Of a stretch of DNA of 64,000 bases, positions 1 to 10,145 are shown piece by piece. The notes beneath the pieces were generated by a model. The model made no database searches and was not told the DNA's origin. It saw only the letters and a list, made by a program, of their open reading frames with translations. The stretch lies in the IMG/VR virus record IMGVR_UViG_3300043101_000125; one strand, 5' to 3'. Position numbers and translations under genes: made by a program. Positions within the stretch are counted from its first letter, which is position 1. Every line of letters starts with the position of its first letter. This DNA is from a virus.

Positions 1-234
1 CCATGAGGATGAAATCTACCCATTGTGTCTCCTACTGGCTGCGCGCACTTAACAAATTTCTTATTATTTGTAAATCCTTTATCAAACATATCATAAAGGA
101 TTCTTCTTGCCACTGGTTTTAAACCATCTTCAGTTGAAGGCAATGCTCTATCTGTGATTACGCTAACACTATAATCAAGAAAGCTTTGTTCAACTTCTGG
201 AATAATTGGTGTTTCAATAATATTTTGCATATAT
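1..234 (-). CDS. Topoisomerase II A subunit (GyrA/ParC/T4 gp52-like), N-terminal part only. The gene continues past the window start.
   Basis: Minus-strand translation from the ATG at 232-234 gives MQNIIETPIIPEVEQSFLDYSVSVITDRALPSTEDGLKPVARRILYDMF...GDTMGRFHPHG. This matches the GyrA N-terminal motif (LKPVxRRxLY...KYHPHGD). Confidence 0.7.
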
Positions 235-240
235 ATCTCC

Positions 241-708
241 TTAATACTTATTTAATACTTCATCTAAATAATTATTTGGTTTTATTTTCCCTGTTGCTAA
301 TTTATCAGCCATTTCATTCCATTCATGACCTGCATGACCTTTAATTTTTTGAAGATTAATCCTAAAACCTTTTTCATACCATTCATAATAAGATTGGATT
401 AAGTCTAAATTTTCTGGGGTTCCACCTGTAGATTTAATCCAACCATTTTTTTGCCAACTAAACATCCAATTAGTAAAAGTGTTCACGCAATAAGCTGAAT
501 CGCTATATACTGTTGGTGGTTTATTTTTAGACCCATGTTTTAGCATTGCATATAAAATAGCTTTTAATTCTTCTCTATTATTTGTTGTTTCTTCTTTTGT
601 TTGTTTACTATAATTATAAATTAAATTTTCATCATTGTCAAGTATGACCACCCCAAATCCTCCTGGTCCGGGATTTGGGTGGGCACTTCCATCTGTATAT
701 ATAATCAT
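241..708 (-). CDS. RNase H (type 1).
   Basis: IYTDGS...GPGGFGVV and HAGHEWNEMADKLA, with the D-E-D-D catalytic pattern typical of the RNase HI fold. Confidence 0.8.
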   Translation of the reverse strand: MIIYTDGSAHPNPGPGGFGVVILDNDENLIYNYSKQTKEETTNNREELKAILYAMLKHGSKNKPPTVYSDSAYCVNTFTNWMFSWQKNGWIKSTGGTPENLDLIQSYYEWYEKGFRINLQKIKGHAGHEWNEMADKLATGKIKPNNYLDEVLNKY

Positions 709-709
709 T

Positions 710-961
710 TTAGCTCCTTTTGGATTTTAAAAATTCATTTGCTTCATATTCTGATGGAGATATTACGTCGACTGATTTGACAAGAGTGTCAAAATTCACT
801 ATAATATAATTATTTGGAAAAACCTCAGACCATATGTCTACGCATTTTTTGATAGTGTCAAGATCATTTTCTTCTCCTGAATAAAAGGTAAGTACAATAA
901 CATCACCTTTATTTACATTTATTTTGTTTGTTTTATATATCAACGTTTGCCCTCCATGCAT
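710..961 (-). CDS. Hypothetical protein (83 aa).
   Basis: ORF packed tightly between RNase H and the topoisomerase B C-terminal fragment. Confidence 0.4.
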   Translation of the reverse strand: MHGGQTLIYKTNKINVNKGDVIVLTFYSGEENDLDTIKKCVDIWSEVFPNNYIIVNFDTLVKSVDVISPSEYEANEFLKSKRS

Positions 962-1325
962 TTTCAGTAATGAACTGCTTACGTGGGGTTACTGATTCAC
1001 CCATAAGGCTAATAAAAGTATTTGCTACTTCAGCTACATCTCCCATAGTAATCTTTTTAAGAGTTCTAGTTTCTGGATTCATTACAGTTTCTGCCATTTC
1101 ATGGGCATCCATCTCACCTAGACCTTTCATTCGGCCTAGTTCAAAAGATTTTGTAGCTGATTTTCTGAATTCTGCAAGAGCTGCATCATCTTTTAAATAC
1201 TGAATTTTTGTACCCTGAGTAATTTTATAAAGTGGAGGCACTGCCGCATAAATATATCCTTTTTCAATTAATTCTGGCGCAAATTTCCAGATAAAAGTTA
1301 AGAATAAAATACGAATATGTGACAT
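933..1325 (-). CDS. Topoisomerase II B subunit, C-terminal fragment (T4 gp60-like).
   Basis: The ORF starts MSHIRILFLTF...GYIYAAVPPLYK...KGLGEMDAHEMAETVMNPETR...ITENA. This is the GyrB segment that directly follows DADVDG in intact GyrB. Confidence 0.75.
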   Translation of the reverse strand: MSHIRILFLTFIWKFAPELIEKGYIYAAVPPLYKITQGTKIQYLKDDAALAEFRKSATKSFELGRMKGLGEMDAHEMAETVMNPETRTLKKITMGDVAEVANTFISLMGESVTPRKQFITENAWRANVDI

Positions 1326-1556
1326 CTATTAGGACTGACTATCTTTTACTTTCTTAATAAGAAAGGAAACCATTTCCCCTTTTAACAGTCTTCGTTTCCT
1401 AAAAACTGAGTGCGTATCAATAGCACCGGTACTCCCCCGCCCAGAAGGCCTAGGGGATAGTCGATACAGGTTCAAATATTATCTTATAAATAATATAAGT
1501 TTCCCACGGGATTGAGTATATAACCTTTCCCCGTTAGCATTAAATTTCTACTAAAT

Positions 1557-3137
1557 TTAATACCCGCCTGATAAAGCGAAAAGTTTTTCATTGGCCCACA
1601 TTTGACCATCTACATCTGCATCAGCAGTAATAATAATTTTTCCATATCGTAATTTTGATTCATCAACAATTACTTTTCCATCTTTAATTTCCAATCCAAA
1701 AGCATCAATCATTGCATTGATCTCTTGGTTTCCAAGAGCCTTATGAAGATCAACTTTAAGTGTGTTAAGGATTTTACCTCTTACTGGCAATACTGCTTGA
1801 GTTCCTCTATCACGAGCTTCCTTTGTAGTGCCTGCAGCAGATTTTCCTTCTACAATAAAGACTTCACATTCAGAACGTTTTTTAGAACTTGCATCTGCCA
1901 AAGTTCCAGGTAATACAGTTCTCTTTTTAGCATCCTGTTTACGAACTGTCTCTTTTGCTTTTTTAGCTTTTTCTCTAGCCGCTCGTGCTAATAATGCTTT
2001 TTCAATAATTGCTTTTGCATCATTCGGATGTGAATCAAGCCAAATTTTAATCTCTTTAGAAGTTAATCTTTGAACCATTGTTCTTGCTTCACTACTGGAA
2101 AGGACTTCCTTTGTCTGACCAGAAAATACTGGATCTGGCATAATAAAAGAAAGAACTAAAACTAATCCTTCTTTTAGTTCATCGCCAGATATATTAGCAT
2201 CTTTCTCTTTAAGAAGCTTCTTCTCTCTAGCATACTCATTAATTGTCTGTGTGAGCGCAGTTCTAAAACCTGTAAGATGTGTTCCACCAGTATTCGGAAT
2301 TGAGTTTGTAAACAACTTATATGTATCAGAATAAGTTGTATTATAAACCATTGCCATTTTTACGCCAATTCTATCTTCACTACTTTCCGCATAAAAAGTA
2401 GAAGTTATTGTTTGTTTATTCTTATTTAAATCTTCAATATAATCAAGGATTCCATTCTTTGATACAATAATCTCTTCTGGTTTATCTTTATAAGTTAATT
2501 TAAAAGTTAACCCAGGAGAAAGATAAGCTAATTCTTGTAACTGATTTCTTAAAGAATCATAGGAAATATCAATTCCTTCTTTAAAAATCTCTGGATCTGG
2601 TCTAAACTGAATGGAAGTTCCATGATCATCTTTTCGCCAATCCTCAGTTTTGAATTTTACAAGTTGTCCCTTTTTAAAAGATGCTAAAGCAAGTTTTCCA
2701 TCTCTTGCTGAACTTACACTAAATAATTCAGAAAGAGCATTAGTCGCTTTTGCTCCAACACCATTCATTCCTCCAGATGTATTATATCCAGTTTTTCCAG
2801 AACTATCAAATTTTGCTCCTGTATGAAGCTTTGTGTAAATATTTACAAGTGTTTCAGATCCATCTTCTGCTTCTCCAAAAGGAACTCCTCTACCATTATC
2901 AGTAATAACAATAAATTCTCCTTTATCAAGATCACCCACTTGAACTTTACATTCAGTACAAAATCCATTCAAATATTCATCTACTGCATTTGAGATAATT
3001 TCAAGAGTAATATGTCTAACTCCTTCTGGACCAACTGAACCGATATACATTCCTGGTCTAAGTCGAATAGCTTCAATGCCTTCAAGAGTTTTAATATCCT
3101 CTACACCATAATTCATTTTAGTTTCTTTATCTGCCAT
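1557..3137 (-). CDS. Topoisomerase II B subunit, N-terminal ATPase + Toprim fragment (GyrB-like, T4 gp39-like).
   Basis: GHKL ATPase motifs and Toprim EVFIVEGKSAAG. The ORF ends ...IIITADADVDG followed by a 15-aa non-homologous tail. Confidence 0.85.
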   Translation of the reverse strand: MADKETKMNYGVEDIKTLEGIEAIRLRPGMYIGSVGPEGVRHITLEIISNAVDEYLNGFCTECKVQVGDLDKGEFIVITDNGRGVPFGEAEDGSETLVNIYTKLHTGAKFDSSGKTGYNTSGGMNGVGAKATNALSELFSVSSARDGKLALASFKKGQLVKFKTEDWRKDDHGTSIQFRPDPEIFKEGIDISYDSLRNQLQELAYLSPGLTFKLTYKDKPEEIIVSKNGILDYIEDLNKNKQTITSTFYAESSEDRIGVKMAMVYNTTYSDTYKLFTNSIPNTGGTHLTGFRTALTQTINEYAREKKLLKEKDANISGDELKEGLVLVLSFIMPDPVFSGQTKEVLSSSEARTMVQRLTSKEIKIWLDSHPNDAKAIIEKALLARAAREKAKKAKETVRKQDAKKRTVLPGTLADASSKKRSECEVFIVEGKSAAGTTKEARDRGTQAVLPVRGKILNTLKVDLHKALGNQEINAMIDAFGLEIKDGKVIVDESKLRYGKIIITADADVDGQMWANEKLFALSGGY

Positions 3138-3139
3138 TT

Positions 3140-3292
3140 AATTCCTCCAACTCTTTTTTAAAACGTATATAATCTTTCCAAGTCTTTCTTTTATATTTAA
3201 TCCATCCATCCTCAAGACCTGTAACTAGATATTGTTTCCAATAAAGAGATACTTCCTTTTCTTCTTTTTTCTTCTTTTTATTAAACATTTTT
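3140..3292 (-). CDS. Small Lys-rich hypothetical ORF overlapping the topoisomerase B start (below the ORF-table length cutoff).
   Basis: Translation MFNKKKKKEEKEV...KKELEELNGR. A class-1 promoter sits just upstream, and the stop overlaps the downstream ATG. Confidence 0.25.
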
Positions 3293-3365
3293 ATTCATCC
3301 TTTCATATTATATATTATACATAATTTTTCTTTAAAAATCAACTCGATTTTTCTAAGGGCATAAA

Positions 3366-3410
3366 ACAAAAAAAGCCCTAGTAAAAATCATTTGATTTTT
3401 ACTAGGGTAG
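3366..3410. terminator. Rho-independent terminator, bidirectional (downstream of the holin).
   Basis: ccctagtaaaaatca-tttg-atttttactaggg stem flanked by an A-run and a T-run. Confidence 0.7.
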
Positions 3411-3415
3411 ATATT

Positions 3416-3781
3416 TTAGCCTTCAGCTTCCTCAGCTTCGACCTCTTGTTCCATTTTTAATTGTTCCATAGTAGTTTCATATTTGATGCCTTCTTTGGTA
3501 TTTTCCGCTGTTGCTTTTTTATAATAAAAAGCCTGACTCACTCCATAAGCTCCCCAAGGGAAAGATACCATTGCGGCAAGCCAAGGAAGTTCACCAAAAT
3601 AACTATTTATAACACAGAAAAAAGCTAAGAAAATAAAACTAAGAGTAATTATCCAAATAAGAATTGACTCTTGAATAAGAAGAATTTTAGAAAATTCTGT
3701 TTGTTTTTTTCTTCGTCTATTGGAAGATCTTTTTGTGGAAGAACTCTTATGAGTTCTTCCACTATCATAATAATAGGACAT
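3416..3781 (-). CDS. Putative holin or small membrane protein.
   Basis: Two predicted TM helices and a charged C-terminus, sitting immediately downstream of the endolysin. Confidence 0.5.
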   Translation of the reverse strand: MSYYYDSGRTHKSSSTKRSSNRRRKKQTEFSKILLIQESILIWIITLSFIFLAFFCVINSYFGELPWLAAMVSFPWGAYGVSQAFYYKKATAENTKEGIKYETTMEQLKMEQEVEAEEAEG

Positions 3782-3782
3782 A

Positions 3783-5501
3783 TTACACCTTCTTTAAATA
3801 TTTTTTAGATGCAAATCCAGTATAAACTACTTTATTATATGTAAATTGCACATATAACCAAGGAGTTCCATTAGAATTAGAATAATAACCATAATTTTGA
3901 ACTGTAGTTCCTTTTGGAATTGTTACCATTATGGAGTTATTTGTTCCTGCTCCATTTCTAATATTCAAATCAGCTGTAGTTTGATAAGAACCAGCATAAC
4001 TACTATTTTTAGAATCAGCTCCATTCGTAGCAGTTTTTTTAGTTGTAGCTGATGTAGTAGTAGTTGTTGTAGTTTTGGTTGTATAAGAATAATAAGTTCC
4101 TGTTGTATTAGAAGTATATGCATATCCGCAAGATACTCCAGACCAAACAATTTTATACCATCCATTAGAAACACTAAGAACTTCAACTTTAGTTCCTTTA
4201 GAAATGGTTCCTACTACAAGGCTACTAGTATTTGCTTGCGCACGAATATTCATTTCAGTCTGCGCAATTGCAGTTCCAATGCCTTTTCCAACATATGAGT
4301 TATTTTCAACTGTAGTTGTTGCGGTTGTAGTGGTAGTAGTTGTTGTTGTAGCTTTAGATCCTTTAGTGACATTTGTTGCAGTGTGATGTTCATCATTAAG
4401 TAAAATATCACCTGGTAATAAATAAGCAGTTCCAGTTAAATATTTACTATCTGTTAATACCGTAAAGCCAGCTGCTTTATAAGCTTTTCTCATATCTCCA
4501 GTATAAGTTGCAGAGATGTTTTTAAGTGCAGAAATTCCTAATAAATATCCGACTGCTTTTGTATTTGCAATAACGCCGGCAGAGCAGTCTGCTTCACATT
4601 TAGTTGTAATTTTAGATGGATCATAATTTACTTTTTGAAGCTGTGTCCAATAAGTATATCTTTCATTTTGATCATATCCAATATTATTATTTAATGCGGC
4701 CGCGCATCCTAATTCCGCAAGTTTTTGACCTACATTAGCATCTTTTTCATATCTTAAAACACAATTCCAAGGTCTATTATACCATGAACGTAAATACCAT
4801 TCTTCTCCAGTTTGGTCACCTGCTGAGCCACCTTTATATTTATTATTTTCATCATGTCCACTATTGGAAATATAATGAGTTCCAGTTGAATTAATATATT
4901 TAGAATAATTTGTTGAAGTTGTTGTAGCCACTGTATTTTCCTCCTTCTTTGTTACATATGCATCATAATATTTCATTCCATAATTAGCTCTTGTATTTTG
5001 CATTGTAGTTCCTGTATCTGATGGACTTTCAAATTTTTTTAATACAATATCAGAAGCTTCTTTTACACTTGTTGCAGTTTTTAAAGTGTTATAAACTGTG
5101 CTGTAAGAAGCTTTTAATTCAGTTAAAAGCCACTCTAATTGAGTTTCTAAATCTGCAATAGATACTTTCTTACTTTTAACTAAATCATAAAGACCACCTT
5201 TTCTTCCTGCACTGGTCCATTGAGCTAATCCATAACCATATTGTTTACCTGGAAGCGGATTTAAAAATTCTGCTCTTGTAATTGTTCCATCATCAACCGC
5301 TGCTGTATATAATACATCTGTGCAATATGTTTTTCCGGCTTGTTTGAGCCTGGTTTCACACAAGTTTTCAAGATTATTTGATTTTAATCCGGATTCTGCA
5401 TATAGATTTCCCATTAAACCTGCGGCACCATACTCATTTAAACCTTTTGAAATAAGATAATTCCAAATTTGTTCTTCTGTCGTTGAGCCTTTTAAAGCCA
5501 T
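3783..5501 (-). CDS. Endolysin. It combines an N-terminal phage tail-lysozyme-like muramidase, a central Cys peptidase-like region and two SH3b cell-wall-binding domains.
   Basis: GAAGLMGNLYAESG motif, Thr-rich linkers, and SH3b-like segments (GWYKIVWSG..., WLYVQFTY...). Confidence 0.7.
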   Translation of the reverse strand: MALKGSTTEEQIWNYLISKGLNEYGAAGLMGNLYAESGLKSNNLENLCETRLKQAGKTYCTDVLYTAAVDDGTITRAEFLNPLPGKQYGYGLAQWTSAGRKGGLYDLVKSKKVSIADLETQLEWLLTELKASYSTVYNTLKTATSVKEASDIVLKKFESPSDTGTTMQNTRANYGMKYYDAYVTKKEENTVATTTSTNYSKYINSTGTHYISNSGHDENNKYKGGSAGDQTGEEWYLRSWYNRPWNCVLRYEKDANVGQKLAELGCAAALNNNIGYDQNERYTYWTQLQKVNYDPSKITTKCEADCSAGVIANTKAVGYLLGISALKNISATYTGDMRKAYKAAGFTVLTDSKYLTGTAYLLPGDILLNDEHHTATNVTKGSKATTTTTTTTTATTTVENNSYVGKGIGTAIAQTEMNIRAQANTSSLVVGTISKGTKVEVLSVSNGWYKIVWSGVSCGYAYTSNTTGTYYSYTTKTTTTTTTSATTKKTATNGADSKNSSYAGSYQTTADLNIRNGAGTNNSIMVTIPKGTTVQNYGYYSNSNGTPWLYVQFTYNKVVYTGFASKKYLKKV

Positions 5502-5526
5502 ATGTTTTCCTCCTTTTTTTTATAAT

Positions 5527-5560
5527 AAAAAAAGACCTCTAATGAGGTCTTTTCTTTTAC
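5527..5560. terminator. Rho-independent terminator (bidirectional), downstream of the phoH-like gene.
   Basis: agacctc-taat-gaggtct with flanking A/T runs. Confidence 0.65.
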
Positions 5561-6822
5561 ATAAGTTCTGCGATTGTAGCAATTTTAGATCTATGAATAT
5601 GTTTAAGTTCAACTTCTCCATATATATCTTTTCCTCTAAAGATTTTAGAAACTCTTCGCATACCATTATTAACTCCGGCAAAGCTAATATCATCAACCTG
5701 AGTTTTTTCATCACCGTCAATAATACATATGCTGTCACTTCCAACTCTTTGTAAAGCAAGTTTCATTAAACTGATATCCAAATTTTGAGCTTCAGAAATA
5801 TAGATACCAGCATTCATTCCACTCGTATCATATCCTCGAATATCAGATAGAGGTAATAAAACTAATTTTTCTTCATCAATCATTTGTTCTACTGCAATTC
5901 TGCCACCTAATTTACTAATAAGTAGATTACCAATTTGAGAATCAAGTAATTTTTCATCTCGAGTTCCTGGTAAATAACCTAGTTTAGCTGAATTCTTAGT
6001 GGCTACAGTATTACAAAAGACTATAATTTTATCAATTTTACCACGTTCTAGTTGATACATTAAGAATCCAAGAGACAGATAAGTTTTTCCAGATCCTGCG
6101 GGACCTTTAACAAGAGTAATCGTATTATGTGAAAAACTATCTGCTAAAAGAGATTGATAAATATCTCCTTTAATTGGTTTAATTTTACCAAACCATTTAG
6201 ATTCAAAATTTTGAAAACTTAAAGCTCTATATCCATCGCCAATCCATACTAGTGTATCTACTAAATTTTTATTACTGTCATAGACATTTATATATTGATT
6301 AATCTCTAAATTATATAAATTTTTAGTAGGATTTGAATAAAATTTAGACATTTCTTCTTCATCCATATAAACATCTATATAACCTGTATATCCATCTGAA
6401 ATTCCTTCAACTTCAGATTCTACGTTATTGAGATATAATTTAGCGATATTTTTTAAAGAAAGGTCATTTGTTACAAAAATAACATCTTTATCTTGCATTT
6501 TTTGATAATATAATACACAAGATAAAATTTTAATATCTGGCGTTATATCAAAACAAGATTCAAGAATAAGAGAATAACTTTTTTTATAAACAAAGACATC
6601 ATATTTATCGTCATTTTGATCTAATAAATGAAGTAATCTGCGGGCCGCAAATTTAGTATCTATATCTTTTCTATTGGAAGTTTTAATATTTTCCAATTCA
6701 TTTAAAGTGATATCAGTGATGACAATATGTTCATTTTCATCATTAAATAATCTATCTACTTTCATTAACAGGCTACAAGTATCATAAAATTTAGTCTTCT
6801 TCTGGTTCATCGCCATCTTCAT
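5557..6822 (-). CDS. phoH: PhoH-like ATPase with an N-terminal PIN-like domain.
   Basis: Walker A GPAGSGKTYLSLG, PhoH-type C-terminal region and PIN-like N-terminus. Confidence 0.75.
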   Translation of the reverse strand: MKMAMNQKKTKFYDTCSLLMKVDRLFNDENEHIVITDITLNELENIKTSNRKDIDTKFAARRLLHLLDQNDDKYDVFVYKKSYSLILESCFDITPDIKILSCVLYYQKMQDKDVIFVTNDLSLKNIAKLYLNNVESEVEGISDGYTGYIDVYMDEEEMSKFYSNPTKNLYNLEINQYINVYDSNKNLVDTLVWIGDGYRALSFQNFESKWFGKIKPIKGDIYQSLLADSFSHNTITLVKGPAGSGKTYLSLGFLMYQLERGKIDKIIVFCNTVATKNSAKLGYLPGTRDEKLLDSQIGNLLISKLGGRIAVEQMIDEEKLVLLPLSDIRGYDTSGMNAGIYISEAQNLDISLMKLALQRVGSDSICIIDGDEKTQVDDISFAGVNNGMRRVSKIFRGKDIYGEVELKHIHRSKIATIAELM

Positions 6823-7072
6823 CCTCCGCTTCTTCGGCTATATTATTTACTGCAAATCCAATAACTCTAGTTTCAGAGTCGTCCGATTCTAATCCTTTAC
6901 TTAACTTTTGGATTTGACAATTATATTCTGTCAATTTAACAGAACACTTTCCTTTAAACACCTCCAATAGCGCTGCGATTACAGTTGCCATACAATCTAG
7001 TAGTGGGAATATTACTTCTACAAATAATACTCCAAGAATAAAATAATAAAGCATTTTTTCTTCCTTTCTCAT
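6791..7072 (-). CDS. Small membrane protein with an acidic C-terminus.
   Basis: One hydrophobic helix followed by an EEAEDEDGDEPEED tail. Confidence 0.4.
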   Translation of the reverse strand: MRKEEKMLYYFILGVLFVEVIFPLLDCMATVIAALLEVFKGKCSVKLTEYNCQIQKLSKGLESDDSETRVIGFAVNNIAEEAEDEDGDEPEED

Positions 7073-7112
7073 TTATATTCTATATAAATATATTAAAAAA
7101 AATGCTAATAAA

Positions 7113-7571
7113 TTAATTAGATTTGTCCTTATTCCTATTAGCGCGGATTCTTTGATAAAATTTTTCTTTCTCGTCAATCATCTGCGACAAGTTTTGCTTT
7201 TCTGTAGTTATCATCTGATTAATTACATCTAAGTCAAATTCTTTCGCACGAATTCGTCTCCATAGCATTTTATTTTCGTAAGATTTTGGATTAAATTGTT
7301 TGCTATGTTTCATATTATAATATAGTTCATATAAAGCATTTAATGCTGGTTTAATTTCATATTCACGCACATGCTTGAAGTATTTAATCTCAGCTCGGAT
7401 TAAAGCAATATTACATCCAGTTTTTTCGCTCATCATATCTCGATCATCTGGATGACAGGTTGACGTTCCTACAAAAGTATTTACGCCATCTGATAGCATA
7501 CAGATTGCCACTCCATGCTCTTCATCCCACTCAAACTCTGGGTGTCTATCTAATCGTAGTTTAGCTTTCAT
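7113..7571 (-). CDS. Hypothetical protein (152 aa).
   Basis: ORF with an extended -10 (TGgTATAAT) and an AGGAGG RBS upstream. Confidence 0.5.
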   Translation of the reverse strand: MKAKLRLDRHPEFEWDEEHGVAICMLSDGVNTFVGTSTCHPDDRDMMSEKTGCNIALIRAEIKYFKHVREYEIKPALNALYELYYNMKHSKQFNPKSYENKMLWRRIRAKEFDLDVINQMITTEKQNLSQMIDEKEKFYQRIRANRNKDKSN

Positions 7572-7726
7572 ATAGATGCCTCCTTTAAAATTATCTAATT
7601 ATATTATACCATAAAAATATAAAAAAAGCAAAAGTTAGTATTTTGCTCAAAAAATTTGGTAGCGCGATCTTTAAGCGGCAACGGTCGCTAGCGTTGGTCA
7701 TGGGAATACAATAGGATGAAAATAAA

Positions 7727-7762
7727 AAGCCCTATAAGGCTTTCACCTTATAGGGCTTTTAT
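7727..7762. terminator. Rho-independent terminator.
   Basis: aaagccctataagg-ctttcac-cttatagggcttt. Confidence 0.65.
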
Positions 7763-7763
7763 A

Positions 7764-8021
7764 TTAAAAATAAAAAGTAACATGTCCAGGAATGTAATCA
7801 CTAAAGTAAGATGTATTACCACCTTTAGAAATATAAGTTTTTCCATCTGCTCGTTTTACTCCAACGCTACCTCCAGCTTTCTTAAAAGCTTTTAATGCAC
7901 TTACAAACTGTTCAGTAGCCTCTTCAAGCTTTTCATGAGCAGCTTTTCTTTCTCTTTCTCTCGCAATTAAAGCTAAATCTTCCTGAGTAATCTCATATTT
8001 ATTAACTTCAAAAACCTGCAC
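7764..8021 (-). CDS. Hypothetical protein (85 aa).
   Basis: ORF only. Confidence 0.4.
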   Translation of the reverse strand: MQVFEVNKYEITQEDLALIARERERKAAHEKLEEATEQFVSALKAFKKAGGSVGVKRADGKTYISKGGNTSYFSDYIPGHVTFYF

Positions 8022-8043
8022 TTATTTTTCTCCTTTTTAATAA

Positions 8044-9540
8044 TTAATCATTAGCATTATTTGTTGCAACTTTACCACCAACAAAGCCGGCAAGCAAAGA
8101 TTTAATATCAATGCCCATAGACTGGCTCAGTCCCTCAGAAATCTGAGAAACATTTGTCATAATATCTCCGGCAAGTTTAGAAGTATCGCCACCATACATA
8201 TAGATCTTATCTACATTGTTGTATCCTCTTCCAACTGCTTCTGCAATAGCTGGCAACTGCTCGAAGTAAACCTTCAAAGCATCCAACTGCATATTCATCT
8301 GAGCTGCTTCACCATACTGCTTCATAGCTTCAGCCTTCTTCAACAGACCTTCAGCTTCAGCTTCTGCTTTAGCCTTGATAGCCGCAGCTTCTGCTTCACC
8401 TCTTGCTCTCTGAGCTTCCGCATCCGCAAGGCCCTGAGCTTTAGTAGCTTCCGCAAGAGCTTTCTTAGCTTCTGCTTCATGCTCAGCCTCGATCTTCTTA
8501 GCCTCTGCCTGCTTAGCTCTCTCAAACAGTTCTGCCTCAGATTTCTTCTGAGTTGCATATAACTGAGCATCAGCTCTCTGCTGAGCCGCATACTTGTCAG
8601 CTTCCGCAGTCTTCTTAACCTCAGCTTCCAGAGCTCGTTCCTTGATAGAAACCTCACGCTCTTTCAACTCAATCTGCTTCTCCTGGCGAGCAATATCAGC
8701 TTCAGTTGCCGCAACATCTCTGATCTGACGCTGTCTCTCTTCCTCAATAGCCTTTGCCGCATCTGCCTGTGCTTTAGCGGTATCAGCGACCTTCTTCAAG
8801 TCAGCCTGTTTCATATCAAATTCATTGTTACGAACCGCAATTTCCTCAGCAGCTTTTACTTTGGCGTCATTAGATGCCTTAGCATTAGCAGCTTCTGCAA
8901 CAGCAATTTCTCTCTGTGCATTAGACTTTGCGATTGCTGCATCCTTACGAATCTGCTCAACATTATCAATACCTAAGTTATCAATAACATTGCCTTCATC
9001 AGAAAAGTTCTGAACATTGAAAGAAACAAGTTCAAGACCAAACTTAGCAAGATCAGGAACTACATTCGCCTGAACCTTTTCACTGAACGCCTTTCGGTCA
9101 GATACCATTTCAGTCAGTTTCATCTGACCAACAATCTCACGAATATTACCTTCCAAGAGGTCATTAATCTTAGAAGCAATAGTATCTCGATCAACATTCA
9201 AGAAATTCTGGGCTGCAAGTGCGATCATATCCTCAGAGCGACCAACCTGTACTGAAACTGTAGAATCAACTTTTACATTAATGTACTCAGCTGTTGGAAC
9301 AGAAGATTTTGTTTTAACGTCAATCTGAATTGCACCAAGAGACAACTTATCCAATCGTTCAAAGAAAGGAACTTTAATTCCAGCTTTACCGATCAAAATT
9401 CGGGGCTTCTTATGAATACCAGAAATAATAAATGCGACATCCGGCGGTGACTTTACATAGCCAGAGCACAAGACTCCGATAATCAAAAGAGCAATAAGCA
9501 CAATAGGTACAAAGGGAAGAATTGTCATTAAAATGTTCAT
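8044..9540 (-). CDS. Flotillin-like SPFH/band-7 protein with an N-terminal TM anchor.
   Basis: N-terminal TM, SPFH domain, then a long Ala/Glu/Lys-rich coiled coil typical of flotillin/YqiK. Confidence 0.75.
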   Translation of the reverse strand: MNILMTILPFVPIVLIALLIIGVLCSGYVKSPPDVAFIISGIHKKPRILIGKAGIKVPFFERLDKLSLGAIQIDVKTKSSVPTAEYINVKVDSTVSVQVGRSEDMIALAAQNFLNVDRDTIASKINDLLEGNIREIVGQMKLTEMVSDRKAFSEKVQANVVPDLAKFGLELVSFNVQNFSDEGNVIDNLGIDNVEQIRKDAAIAKSNAQREIAVAEAANAKASNDAKVKAAEEIAVRNNEFDMKQADLKKVADTAKAQADAAKAIEEERQRQIRDVAATEADIARQEKQIELKEREVSIKERALEAEVKKTAEADKYAAQQRADAQLYATQKKSEAELFERAKQAEAKKIEAEHEAEAKKALAEATKAQGLADAEAQRARGEAEAAAIKAKAEAEAEGLLKKAEAMKQYGEAAQMNMQLDALKVYFEQLPAIAEAVGRGYNNVDKIYMYGGDTSKLAGDIMTNVSQISEGLSQSMGIDIKSLLAGFVGGKVATNNAND

Positions 9541-9590
9541 AAAAATCTCCTTTTTCTCTTTATTTTTTTATTATTTAATTGTCAATGTTC

Positions 9591-10145
9591 TTAAAGTTGC
9601 TCTTTACATTTAGCAACTTCTTTCTTAATGTCCTCCAGAATTTCTTCAATAGAAACTGGAGTACAATTATGTGAATCAAGTCCTACATGATACATAAAAG
9701 GAATATCTTCATAGAAATTATCCTTTTGATGTGTATGCCCAAAAAGATTGAGTATATGCATCTTTAATGGAGCTTCATTATCAAGGTTAGAAGTTAATGT
9801 TGGATAATGACTTAAATAAAATTTATATTTTTTATATTCAAGTACATCCGCATAACCAAGAACTTCAAAGCCTTCTTTCTGATAAAGTGAAACTCTTGAA
9901 TTTGTATCATGGTTTCCTCGAAGAATTTTAATATTGCCATTTAAGGCTTTCATACATTCCATTCCTGCGGCGTTATCATTTAAAATGCAATCGCCCAAAT
10001 GGTAAACTGTATCTTCTGGCTGAACAATTTTATTCCACCGATCAATAATAGCTTTATTCATTTCTTCAACAGTTGCGAAACCTCTTGGCTGCCAGATAAA
10101 AGCTCTATCATGGCAAAAATGAGTATCTGATGTAAAATAAATCAT
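9591..10145 (-). CDS. Calcineurin-like metallophosphoesterase (candidate end-healing phosphatase).
   Basis: DTHFCHD...GDCILN...GNHD motifs. It lies directly downstream of the P-loop kinase. Confidence 0.7.
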   Translation of the reverse strand: MIYFTSDTHFCHDRAFIWQPRGFATVEEMNKAIIDRWNKIVQPEDTVYHLGDCILNDNAAGMECMKALNGNIKILRGNHDTNSRVSLYQKEGFEVLGYADVLEYKKYKFYLSHYPTLTSNLDNEAPLKMHILNLFGHTHQKDNFYEDIPFMYHVGLDSHNCTPVSIEEILEDIKKEVAKCKEQL

